64,000 nt of DNA, taken from Candidatus Flemingiibacterium sp. GTDB taxonomy: Bacteria > Bacillota > Clostridia > Oscillospirales > CAG-272. The DNA is taken from positions 12,955-76,954 of the forward strand of contig JAZNKS010000028.1 in NCBI GenBank assembly GCA_045578725.1, given 5' to 3'. Positions within the stretch are counted from its first letter, which is position 1. Every line of letters starts with the position of its first letter. The notes below the pieces were generated by a model. That model did no database searches. It was not told where the DNA came from and saw only the letters and a program-made list of their open reading frames with translations. A program made the position numbers and the translations under genes. Shown here piece after piece: positions 18,555-27,809 of this stretch.

Positions 18555-21044
18555 TTACTGCTTTGTCACGGTATCCGGATCGCGCAGAAATTCAAGCCTG
18601 CACCAATCGCCGATCTTCTCTTTTTCCTGGAAGCCGATGCTGACGGTGCCGCTTACATGATAAGCTTTGTAAACGCCCCGATTTTCATCGTATTCCAGCT
18701 CCGCATTGCCGCCGCGGAACATATCGCCGCCCGAGCCCAGCCGCAGGACAGCCGTACCGCCCGCAGACGGAACCAGCGTAAGCTCGGCATCGTCAAGGCC
18801 CGTGAGCATAATTCGCTCATCCAGCCAGATATGCGTGACCGGATAATCCCGCTTGACGGTAATCTTGGAACGCGCCTTCTGTTTGATGTAAATCCGGCAG
18901 TCGGTGTGATTCCACCGTGCGGTCGGATAGATACCGATGCTGTCCTCCAGCATGAATTCGCAGTTATCGAAGGCCGGTGCGCCGTCGGGCGTTGAGAAAT
19001 GAAGCTTTACGGTAGCATCCTTGGAGAATTCGTTCAGCCAGAGCGCCCTGCGGCAGCGGGACAGCATGACAATCGGGAGATTGTCGTTGATGTCATAGCA
19101 GTCGAAGCGCATCGGATAGCCGAAATGAGCCAGCGATCCGCGCAGAAGAACGGCCGCCGGGAAGCTTTCGGACGGGAGGCGCTTTGCGGGGAGCGCAGCC
19201 CGTGTCTTCTCATCATGCGGGAAGGATCCGCGCACCCAGGCAAGCCTGCCGTTGACAGAGGCATAGGTACGCACCTTGCTGTCCTTTTCGACGGAGGCCG
19301 TGACCGTGATCCCCTCCCGTGCCATCTCGCATACGCCGCCTCCGGAAACCAGCGCCGGATGCTCCAGCACATCGGCATAGGCTCCCATTTCGGCCCGATC
19401 GAGGGTCAGCGAAGTGGAAAAGGCCAGCGTGCCGTCAATCGGCTCGGCGATCTGCACACCGATTGCCTCGCGCATGGCAGCGGAAGCGTTCACAGTACTG
19501 CCGTACAGCAACAGCCTGGCGCCGCGATCCAGCGCCTCCAGAAGGGCCGCTTCCAGCTTGCTTCCCGCTTCGGGAACGGCACTGACATAAATACTGTCCG
19601 GAAGAGATGTCTTGTCGCTGCGGATGAAATTCGTGTCCGAGATAACGGTATTGATCGGGAAGCCCTGATCGATCGCGCTTTCGATGAACCAGTCATCCAT
19701 GAAAATCCGCTCCATGTGACCGTCGCGAAGGCCCTGCTTACAGTAGGAGTCAAAGGGATAAATCCAGGTCACAAGACCGGCTTCGTCCGGATAATCGTTG
19801 TAAGCCGTAAGCAGATGGGGGGTGACCTCATTGGGGCAGCGATCGGGCAGGCGGCCGAAGGAATCGTCCGCGCTGAGGAAGGTCAGGCCCATCGGTTTGG
19901 TGATGGCGAAGGTTTCATCCAGCCGCCCGATACAGAGCGGCAGATAGATATCGTGCGGGCTCCGGTCATAGCGGTCGAACCACGGAGAATTCAGCCACCA
20001 CGGATCGTGGATGTAATAGCGCATCTGGAAGCCGCGTGCCGGAAGCTCGGCGATATGGGACATATAGCCGGCCAGCTCCAGACCGAAGCGGTAATTCAGC
20101 GGAGCCCAGGGTGAATTGGGCGGTGCCACGATGTTATGCTGATAGATCGTATCGATCGGGCAGCCGTGCGCGGCGATATCCATGCCGGTGGAGAGATTGC
20201 TTCCCCGGGTTTCGATGACCGTATCACCGACAGCCGCCGAGAAGGCGTTCCAGAATTCGGCGATATCCGAGCGCACCTTCGCGGCACCGGTGAAATCGAA
20301 TTTCGTGCCGTCGAACAGCTCGCCCGTCCAGTTCCACGAGGCCAGCGAATAGCCGAAGCCGTTGGACAGCCAGATATAGTCAAAGCCCAGCTGTTTTTTC
20401 ATCGCCATAAACTGGCGGCCCAGAAACTCGCCGATATGCGTTCCCTCCGGAATGCCGTCCGGATAAGCCGCATAGGCGCGGCTGTCCGCCTTCAGGCGGG
20501 AGGCGCAATGGAGCCACATCTTCGTGCCCATGATGTTGCCCTTGCAGATTTCGGGATGACGGTTGTACTTGAAGTCCGACCAGGCAAATTCCGGGCCGGG
20601 ATCGAAGGTTTCGCCGACCAGAATGTCAAAGCCGGTCATCTCTTTTCCGACCCGCTTCATGACGGAGATGATGTTTTTCAGATCCCCGTAGGTCATTTCA
20701 GGCGGGTTTTCGATGTAATGAATCGGATAGTGGTGGAGCGAATTGGACTGCGGATCGTCCGCGGGCCTCACATTACGGTTCCAGTTGCCGATACCGATGT
20801 AGCGGCACCATTCAAAGCAGTCATCAAGATTCCCGGTGAATTCGAGGATCTCGCTTCCGTCGCTGGTCCAGAAAAGAATCGAGCAGCCGAGGGCATATTT
20901 CAGAAGGGGCTGCCATTGTGAGAAGAGATGGCGGACCACCGACTCGATGCCTTCGACGGATTTGTCATAGCCGAAGGGCTTGAGCGAAAGCTCCAGACAA
21001 ACACGGCCGGCTGTGACAGAAGAGCGGTATTCGTAATCAAACAT
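18555..21044 (-). CDS. hypothetical 829-aa cytoplasmic protein (possible glycoside-hydrolase-like)
   Basis: A long uninterrupted ORF with no signal peptide. Segments such as FDYIWLSNGFGYS and VIETRGSN are reminiscent of TIM-barrel glycosidases. Neighbours are sugar-utilisation genes. No family recognised. Confidence 0.6.
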   Translation of the reverse strand: MFDYEYRSSVTAGRVCLELSLKPFGYDKSVEGIESVVRHLFSQWQPLLKYALGCSILFWTSDGSEILEFTGNLDDCFEWCRYIGIGNWNRNVRPADDPQSNSLHHYPIHYIENPPEMTYGDLKNIISVMKRVGKEMTGFDILVGETFDPGPEFAWSDFKYNRHPEICKGNIMGTKMWLHCASRLKADSRAYAAYPDGIPEGTHIGEFLGRQFMAMKKQLGFDYIWLSNGFGYSLASWNWTGELFDGTKFDFTGAAKVRSDIAEFWNAFSAAVGDTVIETRGSNLSTGMDIAAHGCPIDTIYQHNIVAPPNSPWAPLNYRFGLELAGYMSHIAELPARGFQMRYYIHDPWWLNSPWFDRYDRSPHDIYLPLCIGRLDETFAITKPMGLTFLSADDSFGRLPDRCPNEVTPHLLTAYNDYPDEAGLVTWIYPFDSYCKQGLRDGHMERIFMDDWFIESAIDQGFPINTVISDTNFIRSDKTSLPDSIYVSAVPEAGSKLEAALLEALDRGARLLLYGSTVNASAAMREAIGVQIAEPIDGTLAFSTSLTLDRAEMGAYADVLEHPALVSGGGVCEMAREGITVTASVEKDSKVRTYASVNGRLAWVRGSFPHDEKTRAALPAKRLPSESFPAAVLLRGSLAHFGYPMRFDCYDINDNLPIVMLSRCRRALWLNEFSKDATVKLHFSTPDGAPAFDNCEFMLEDSIGIYPTARWNHTDCRIYIKQKARSKITVKRDYPVTHIWLDERIMLTGLDDAELTLVPSAGGTAVLRLGSGGDMFRGGNAELEYDENRGVYKAYHVSGTVSIGFQEKEKIGDWCRLEFLRDPDTVTKQ

Positions 21045-21062
21045 GAGGATTCCCCCTTAAAA

Positions 21063-21740
21063 TCATTTTTCGGATGTCAGGCCGGACACAAGATCGTCCA
21101 GATACTGCTCGGCCGCTTCCTTGTTGGATGCATAGAAGGAGGCCACATCCGGAAGCTTGCCGCCGATGCGGTTGCGGTAGATTTCACTGTTGGTCAGCGG
21201 GAATTTACCGCCGTACTGCATGGCGGTCATGAAATCGTATTTGCGGCTGTTCATGATCAGCTCCAGCATTTCAAGGGATTCGTCATCGCGGGTGCCCTTG
21301 CCCTGCAGGGAGATTTCATAGATAGCCGGGCGGAGGTCGCGCCAGCTGTAAGCGCTCCAGACCTCAACAAAATCGCCGAGAATCTCCGCCTTTTCCTCGG
21401 TCAGCGTGACCGGGAGCATCATCGCGCCGAAGCGCGGATGAACATAGGAAGCGTAATCCTCCTGCTCCTCATCCAGCTTCGGGAAGGGGAGCACACCGTA
21501 GGCATCCTTCATCGAGCGCATATCGCCCTCAAAGAGATACTGAAGATACATCGGCGCAAAAATGCCCTGCCCCTCGGCGAAATTTTTCACATATCCGTAA
21601 GGCGTGGTGGCGGACACGGCCGGCGTGGTGTTATCGCCGGCTGTATCATCTGTTACAGCCGGCTCTGAGGGACTGCCGCAGGATACGCATCACAGCGTAA
21701 GGGCGGCCATAAGAAAGGTAGAAAGCAGCTGTTTTTTCAT
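21063..21740 (-). pseudogene. decayed solute-binding lipoprotein gene (in-frame TGA in the signal peptide, N-terminal lobe deleted)
   Basis: The ATG at 21740, after an AGGAG RBS, gives MKKQLLSTFLMAALTL-TGA-CVSCGSPSEP..., in frame with track ORF 21063..21617. The remaining ~185 aa align only to the C-terminal third of the intact SBP at 3623-5113 (YGVLPFPKLDEEQ vs YGLLPIPKYEESQ; ESLEMLELI vs ESIEMFELI). Confidence 0.6.
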
Positions 21741-21764
21741 GATAAAATCTCCTTTCAAGTCAAA

Positions 21765-23198
21765 TCAGATAACCCGGTTCAGCCGGATGCCGGCCATGCG
21801 GGCAAAGAGGGCGATCTCCTCGGTGCGGTCGCCGATTCCGAGCGCCAGATGGTGGGTCGGGCCGGCCTCGCACCAGCGCTCGATGAACGCGGTCACCGGG
21901 CAGGCGAAATGGCATTTGGTGTTGGTATTGCCGGTCTGCGGAATCGCGCCGGGCATGGACTCGCCCGTGGCCGAGATCAGCTTCAGGCTGCCATCTCCTG
22001 CCACCGAGCAGGAAAGCAGCGAGATCGGGCCGGTCTTCAGTTTGAATTCGACCGATACACCGGCGCCCGGCTTGCCGTGGAACTTTTTCAGCTTGCGCAG
22101 CACCGGCTGCTCGTTGCTGATATTGATATTGTGCGGGCCGTCATGACCGATCAGCACCACATCCTCGCAGATGTCGAAGGGATGGAGCTCGGCGAAGGAT
22201 CCGCCGCCGCCGATCCGGTTCATAATCAGCATGGCAGCCGCCGTCTTGAGATCCGCCTCGCCGGCCAGCGGAATGCCGCGGCTGGTGAGTAAGGAGTTTC
22301 CGATGATGAGATTGGAGGCAATCTGCTCATACTGGTTGCCGCGCTCGCCCTTGTAAAAATAAGCCAGCGCGCTCAGACCGTTCACCTCGACCAGCCGGTC
22401 CAGCGCCACCGAACAGCGGGCCGCCAGCTCAAGATCCGCATCCTGTACATAGTCGGTCAGCGGATCGTTGGAGGGCTCACGGATATCAAAGATCCGGCGG
22501 ATGTCGGCGATGCGGGCCTTCACCTCGGCCTGGGTCGCCTCGTTGACATATTCGATCAGCTCGCACATTTCGAGCATCTTCACATGGGAGCCGAAGGTGG
22601 CGGAGAAGGCAGTCGGGTCGGTGTTCATATCGTACATACCGTCATAGGTGTGGCCGAGATAGCCGAACTTCGCGTACTTGAAGGAGGCCAGCGCCGTGAT
22701 GGCGCGCTCATACACGCCGACACGGGCGCGGATTTTTTCGACGGATCCGGCCGCCTCCACGAGGAAGAAGGGCTTGGGTGCGCCCAGCCGCTCATACACG
22801 CCGGCAAATTCGGGCATGGAGCAGATGTCATCGTTGCAGAGCTGCATATAGGTGGTGGTGTGGGCGTAATCCAGCTGATCCAGCGGCTGGAGGCCGACTA
22901 AAATCTGCGGAATGCGCAGATATTTTGCAAAGGGGAAGATGACGGCAGAGGGGATGTAGGTCGCCATGATGACAAAAAGCGCATCCAGATCCTCGGCCGA
23001 TGCCCGCTTCAGGGCCAGCATGGAAGAATCGATATCGTCGGCAAAGCCGAGATCGATGGTTTCCACGCCCTCGGTGAAATAGCCGGCAAAAGCATTCTGC
23101 TTCTGCATCAGCTCCTCCTTGAGTCCGTCAAACTGCGGCCAGTAGATGAAGTGGCCCATTCCGATGATGCCGATACGGGGTTTTCTGGTGTGAATCAT
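21765..23198 (-). CDS. L-fucose/L-arabinose isomerase-family protein
   Basis: 477 aa. The N-terminus KPRIGIIGMGHFIYWPQFDGLKEEL is typical of this family. A divergent AraC regulator lies next door. Family call is from memory. Confidence 0.65.
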   Translation of the reverse strand: MIHTRKPRIGIIGMGHFIYWPQFDGLKEELMQKQNAFAGYFTEGVETIDLGFADDIDSSMLALKRASAEDLDALFVIMATYIPSAVIFPFAKYLRIPQILVGLQPLDQLDYAHTTTYMQLCNDDICSMPEFAGVYERLGAPKPFFLVEAAGSVEKIRARVGVYERAITALASFKYAKFGYLGHTYDGMYDMNTDPTAFSATFGSHVKMLEMCELIEYVNEATQAEVKARIADIRRIFDIREPSNDPLTDYVQDADLELAARCSVALDRLVEVNGLSALAYFYKGERGNQYEQIASNLIIGNSLLTSRGIPLAGEADLKTAAAMLIMNRIGGGGSFAELHPFDICEDVVLIGHDGPHNINISNEQPVLRKLKKFHGKPGAGVSVEFKLKTGPISLLSCSVAGDGSLKLISATGESMPGAIPQTGNTNTKCHFACPVTAFIERWCEAGPTHHLALGIGDRTEEIALFARMAGIRLNRVI

Positions 23199-23378
23199 AA
23201 AAGCTCCTCTTTTCAGATTGTTATTTTCCTTAATGATACCGCATTTTGCCCCGGCCTGTCAATAGAATAATCGACCATATCAGCATTATCCGACCACAAA
23301 AAAAGAACGGAATCCGCGCCCGGCACTTGACAAAGCCGACCGCTTGCGGTAAAATAAAGAAAGTATGCGCCGGGAGGG

Positions 23379-24215
23379 ATGGCTTTGAGCGAAACCTATC
23401 AGATCACCGATTTTGATTTTTCCATCGACGAAATTCTGCTGATTCACCGCAATTCCTTTGTCCGTCATTTCAAGTGGAACGAATACCGCACCGGGCGCCA
23501 GTCCGACGGGCTGGTCTTTTGCATGAGCGGTCAGTCGGCCTTCGATTTCGGCGACTTTTCGCTGACGCTGTGTACAGGCCAGATGCTCTTTCTGCCCGCC
23601 TGCAGCGCCTACACCGTCCGCGCCGTCGGAACGGAGCCCTTCATTCATTATACCGCCAATTTCCGGCTGACACCGCATGGCGTAGCCGGTGAGAGTCTGC
23701 TCGGCGATATGCTGGCCGGCCGGCATTATCCGATCGTATCGGCCGCCGCCCGCGGCAATGCGCAGGAGAAATTCGACCAGCTTCTCTTTCTCTGGCAGAG
23801 CAAGCGGACCGGCTACCGGATTTTGAGCAAGGCCATTCTCTATGAGCTGCTCGGCTATTATATCATCGATGCCGGCAGGAGCCTGCGCGATAAGGACAGC
23901 TATGAAAAGCTGCTCCCCGCCCGCCGCCTGCTGGACGAGCACTATTATGAGAATCAGACCTCCGCCGAGCTTGCCGCCCTCTGCCATCTGAGTGAAACGC
24001 ATTTCCGCCGGCTGTTTGCCGCCACCTTCGGCTCCTCGCCGATCGATTACCGCATAAGACGGCGGATTCTGAAGGCACAGGATCTCTTACTCTCCGGCGA
24101 ATTCAATGTGTCCCAGACCGCCGAGCAGGTCGGCTTTTCCGATGCCAATTATTTTGCCCGTGTCTTCCGCGCCCACACCGGGCTCTCCCCTTCCGATTAC
24201 CGCAAGGGGCTGTGA
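23379..24215 (+). CDS. AraC-family transcriptional regulator
   Basis: C-terminal dual HTH: SAELAALCHLSETHFRRLFAATFG...VSQTAEQVGFSDANYFARVFRAHTGLSPSDYR. Confidence 0.85.
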   Translation: MALSETYQITDFDFSIDEILLIHRNSFVRHFKWNEYRTGRQSDGLVFCMSGQSAFDFGDFSLTLCTGQMLFLPACSAYTVRAVGTEPFIHYTANFRLTPHGVAGESLLGDMLAGRHYPIVSAAARGNAQEKFDQLLFLWQSKRTGYRILSKAILYELLGYYIIDAGRSLRDKDSYEKLLPARRLLDEHYYENQTSAELAALCHLSETHFRRLFAATFGSSPIDYRIRRRILKAQDLLLSGEFNVSQTAEQVGFSDANYFARVFRAHTGLSPSDYRKGL

Positions 24216-24230
24216 AGGCATCCCGTACAG

Positions 24231-24266
24231 CAAAAAGGGGCTGTTGCATTTAGATGCAACAGCCCC
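24231..24266 (-). terminator. rho-independent terminator, probable 3' end of the lipoprotein-array operon
   Basis: A 13-bp stem ggggctgttgcat / atgcaacagcccc. On the minus strand it is followed by TTTTTG. Confidence 0.65.
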
Positions 24267-24367
24267 CAGTAAATACATCTTGGAACCCATTGAGGGTTCC
24301 ATTTTTGTGTGCTTTGCACACAAAAACCGATGTATTCGGGCGCGAAAGCCCGGGCGCGAAAGCGCCT

Positions 24368-24405
24368 GCGCTGTTGCAAGTTGAAAACTTGCAACAGCGC
24401 TTTTT
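24368..24405 (+). terminator. rho-independent terminator (plus strand)
   Basis: A 15-bp stem gcgctgttgcaagtt / aacttgcaacagcgc with a 3-nt loop, followed by T5. Confidence 0.65.
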
Positions 24406-24406
24406 G

Positions 24407-25501
24407 TTATGTCGGCCCGGCGATAACCGCCTCGCCGCTGTCAGGATCGATAAAGAGAACCCGGTTCAGCTCGCCGTAATCCTCCTCCCCCGTATGAGCA
24501 TCGGCAAAAGAGCCAAGCAGCGAGAGAATCAGCATATCCCCCGCCGCCCGCATCCCGCCAAGATGAAGCGCGGGATCCTCAAAAAACAGCTCATCCTCGC
24601 CTCTTTTAAGATCCAGCCGCCGAAGAATGCCGTGGCTTTCGTTGTAATATTCCCGGCCAAACAGCGATACACCGGCAAGAACCGGCTCCAGCGCCGGCTG
24701 ATACCAGATGGCATCCTCTGTCATGACAAAAGCGCTCACCTGCCGGGCGATCACCCGCTTTTTGCCGTCCTTGCTCTCGCAGATCAGCGTATTGTCCGCA
24801 CGATCAAGTGAGTAGAAATCGCCGTTATACAGCCAGCCGTAATCGGTCAGAATCGGTCCCGCCGGCAGCTCGGAGCGCGGGCAGGGACCGTAATCCTCAA
24901 AATCCCGCGTACTGCGGTAATAGTCCGGATACATATCGAAATACAGATACTTCTCATCGTGGGCCAGAATAACCGGATAGCCGGTATAGCCGCCCTCGCT
25001 TCCCGCAAGATAGCGGCGGCCCGTTTCCTCATCGGTAAGGCACAGGATCTCACCGCTTGCCTCATCATAGCAGCAGAGGTGAATCGCCTCCCGTTCCTCC
25101 CCGGCATCCAGTGTCATCTCCCACCAATAGAGCCGGCCCCCCGCATAGTAGAGCCTTGTCGCCGATTGTGCCGAGGCAATCCGTCGGTACACCTGCGTAT
25201 CGAAATCCAGAAACAGAATGTCGGCGGTGAAATCCTCCGTGAGATTGGAAAAATACACACCGCCTCCTCCCATCACATAGGAGCGCGGCATGGAAAGCGG
25301 ACATTCCGGCCAGACATGATCGCAGAACACATCCGGGCAGAGAACGGTCGTCGTTTTGGTCTGCACGTTGAATTTCAGCAGAGGACTGTCCCCCGCCCGG
25401 CCGACCGCATACATTGAGGTGTCCGCGGCGGCCTGTGAGCAGGCGCCAAGCAGGAGGCAAAACGCCGCAAGGACGGCAATATGCCATGGTAATGCTTTCA
25501 A
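24407..25501 (-). CDS. Cys-motif lipoprotein paralog P1
   Basis: The TTG at 25501 is preceded by GGAAGGAGAGG and gives MKALPWHIAVLAAFCLLLGAC (lipobox). The upstream ATGs at 25537 and 25609 would overlap P2. Motif variant CPDVFCDHVWPECP. Confidence 0.7.
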   Translation of the reverse strand: MKALPWHIAVLAAFCLLLGACSQAAADTSMYAVGRAGDSPLLKFNVQTKTTTVLCPDVFCDHVWPECPLSMPRSYVMGGGGVYFSNLTEDFTADILFLDFDTQVYRRIASAQSATRLYYAGGRLYWWEMTLDAGEEREAIHLCCYDEASGEILCLTDEETGRRYLAGSEGGYTGYPVILAHDEKYLYFDMYPDYYRSTRDFEDYGPCPRSELPAGPILTDYGWLYNGDFYSLDRADNTLICESKDGKKRVIARQVSAFVMTEDAIWYQPALEPVLAGVSLFGREYYNESHGILRRLDLKRGEDELFFEDPALHLGGMRAAGDMLILSLLGSFADAHTGEEDYGELNRVLFIDPDSGEAVIAGPT

Positions 25502-25518
25502 TGAATCCTCTCCTTCCC

Positions 25519-26664
25519 TTAAAACGGGGCATCCCATGTACGCGGCCAATCCGTCACCGAATCGTCCGCCGGATCGATGACCAGAACGCCGCCGCCCTTT
25601 TCCTGCCACTCCTCGATTCCCCAGTTCACATGAGGCGCGAAGCCGCCGTAATATAGGACGAGCCGATCGCCGCAGACCTCGATTCCCCGATCACACAGAA
25701 CCCGTTCGCTTCCGAAATCCAGATACAGCTCCGGCTCGCCTCCGAATTTCATCCGCCAGAGCTTTCCTCCGGTGTGATTGAAAATTTCATTTCCGTGGTA
25801 ATTGTCCCGCCCGATAAATGCCGGGGACTTCTCCATGCAGAGAAAATACACATAGTTTCCCAGCACCGCCGTGCCGCGTATGGAGCCGGCACTTTCAACG
25901 GCGCGGACCGATTGATCGGCAAGGGCGGCTTCGTACAGAATCCGGTCCAGCTCTCCGATACCAAAGGAGTGGATATATCCCGCATCAAGACCGTCCAGAC
26001 AGAAATCCGCGCCCTTCAGGCCGGCCATAATCGGCTCCGGATTTCCGCCTTCGCTGTCACAGGCAACCAGCTCGCCGTTCTGTGAAACATAATAATACCG
26101 TCCGTCCCGAAACGTCTGCGGCAGGGGGACATTGCCAAGCCAGGTGATCGCGCCGCCCGAAAGCGCCATCCGAAGCACGGACTTCTCCGCCTCGGCGCGC
26201 TCCATCTCCTCCGGCTCCTCATAGGCATAATCCCAGGTGTAATAATATCCGCCGGCCACGGTTTCCTCGTACAGCACATTGGATTCATAATCCGGCCATA
26301 TGTACCGGATTTCGCCGCGATCCGAAGCGATATCGTAAACCGAAAATACGTGCTTCCATTCCCCCGCGCCGCTTTGCCATCTCCTGCGCGGCATATACAC
26401 GGTATCGCCGATGACAAAGAAGCCGGTCACGCCGGACAGCGGACAATCGCCCTTGAATTCATCGTGGCTGCAGAGCGGATCGGGGCATACACTTGTGACG
26501 TTTCCCGTATCAAGGTTCAGCCGCGCCAGATAAACCACGCTGTCCGCACGCTTCAGCTTCATGTAGAGATAATCGCCGCCCGACGTGTCCTCCTGCCCAC
26601 CGCCCGGTGAGCAGGCGCAGAGCAGGAGAAGCAGGGCTGACAGAAGTGCAAGAAGCCGGATCAT
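25519..26664 (-). CDS. Cys-motif lipoprotein paralog P2
   Basis: MIRLLALLSALLLLLCAC lipobox. Motif CPDPLCSHDEFKGDCP. ATGA overlap with the P3 stop. Confidence 0.8.
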   Translation of the reverse strand: MIRLLALLSALLLLLCACSPGGGQEDTSGGDYLYMKLKRADSVVYLARLNLDTGNVTSVCPDPLCSHDEFKGDCPLSGVTGFFVIGDTVYMPRRRWQSGAGEWKHVFSVYDIASDRGEIRYIWPDYESNVLYEETVAGGYYYTWDYAYEEPEEMERAEAEKSVLRMALSGGAITWLGNVPLPQTFRDGRYYYVSQNGELVACDSEGGNPEPIMAGLKGADFCLDGLDAGYIHSFGIGELDRILYEAALADQSVRAVESAGSIRGTAVLGNYVYFLCMEKSPAFIGRDNYHGNEIFNHTGGKLWRMKFGGEPELYLDFGSERVLCDRGIEVCGDRLVLYYGGFAPHVNWGIEEWQEKGGGVLVIDPADDSVTDWPRTWDAPF

Positions 26665-27809
26665 TGCGTATCTCCCCCGAAAAGCACGGTTCGCTCTTTT
26701 GTTTCAAAATCCAGCTTCACGAGCGCACCGGCCTCCCGCAGATACGCCGCGCCGCCGGCAATCCGGCAGATTTCAGCGCCGTTCAGCTCCTCGGCTGTCA
26801 GTACGCATTCCCCGCCGCTTCCGTCATGGCGACAGCGATAGAGAGCGCCATCGATCATGGAGGTTTCCGTAATTTCGCCGAGCTTATAATAGTAGAGATA
26901 CCCCTCGGTCACCTCCGCGAAGCCGGCAGCCTGAAGTCCGGGCAGCTCCGTGACACTTCCGTCGGCGCGGATGATGACGGCAACCCGGTTATAAACCGGC
27001 CGCCGATCCGCGTACGGGCCGTCAGCGCTCCCCGTGTATCCGAGCAGCTCGTCGGTCATTCTCACGCCGTACAGCACGCCCTCCTCGCGGTCGCAGAGCA
27101 TCCCGCGCTGCTCAATATCGCAGAAGGCACCGAATGCCTTCCGGTCACCGCCGTCAAGATCGGTGGTGTACCATTCCGAGCCGTGCTGCCAGAGAATCCG
27201 ATCACCGAAGTATTCCACAATGGCATCCGGCTCGGTTTCGTCGGCCCGGCCGAGTACACAGAGCTGCCGTTTTTCCAGCGTTTCGGCATCCAGGCAGAAC
27301 AGCACTTGATCGTAGCTTGCCAGATCCCCCTCCGGCTCTCCTTCGCGCAGGATATTCCGGCGGTAATACAGCCGCCCGCGATGAAGGGTGGGAAACGATC
27401 CCAGCTCCGCTTCCTCCAGGATCCGCTTTCTTGTCCCGTCCTCCAGATCGTACACATACCACGGGTAGGTATAATTCTCCGTGTCAACGCCTTCATAAAA
27501 AAGCCGCGTGCCGTGAATCTCCGGCGTTGTGCCGACCATGAAGAAGGGGCATTCTTCCGTATCGTGGAAGCAGAGCGGATCCGAGCAGAGGGACGTCAGC
27601 GTGCCGGTTGTGACCGAGCAGCGCAGGACGGTATCCGCCGAAAAATAGAGATAGCCGTCATGATACGATAAAGCATCCTGAAGGCGGGGCCGCGCGATCG
27701 GTGTGTCGGAAACCGGATTATCACCGGATACTCCGGCCGGACTGCAGGAACCAAGCAGCAGAATCAGCGCCGCCCAAAGTACGATCATCCGTGTCATCCT
27801 GCGCATCAT
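26661..27809 (-). CDS. Cys-motif lipoprotein paralog P3
   Basis: MMRRMTRMIVLWAALILLLGSC lipobox. Motif CSDPLCFHDTEECP. ATGA overlap with the ATPase stop. Confidence 0.8.
   Translation of the reverse strand: MMRRMTRMIVLWAALILLLGSCSPAGVSGDNPVSDTPIARPRLQDALSYHDGYLYFSADTVLRCSVTTGTLTSLCSDPLCFHDTEECPFFMVGTTPEIHGTRLFYEGVDTENYTYPWYVYDLEDGTRKRILEEAELGSFPTLHRGRLYYRRNILREGEPEGDLASYDQVLFCLDAETLEKRQLCVLGRADETEPDAIVEYFGDRILWQHGSEWYTTDLDGGDRKAFGAFCDIEQRGMLCDREEGVLYGVRMTDELLGYTGSADGPYADRRPVYNRVAVIIRADGSVTELPGLQAAGFAEVTEGYLYYYKLGEITETSMIDGALYRCRHDGSGGECVLTAEELNGAEICRIAGGAAYLREAGALVKLDFETKERTVLFGGDTQ

Noticed and set aside
21690-21692. The in-frame TGA considered as selenocysteine or programmed readthrough.
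   Set aside because: It lies inside a signal peptide h-region, where Sec makes no sense. The gene also lacks about 300 residues of its binding domain, so simple decay is the better explanation.
25502-25609. The longer N-terminus of P1 (ATG at 25609 or 25537).
   Set aside because: It would overlap P2 by up to 91 nt and add an Arg/Gly-rich non-signal extension. The TTG at 25501 has a strong RBS and yields a standard lipoprotein signal.
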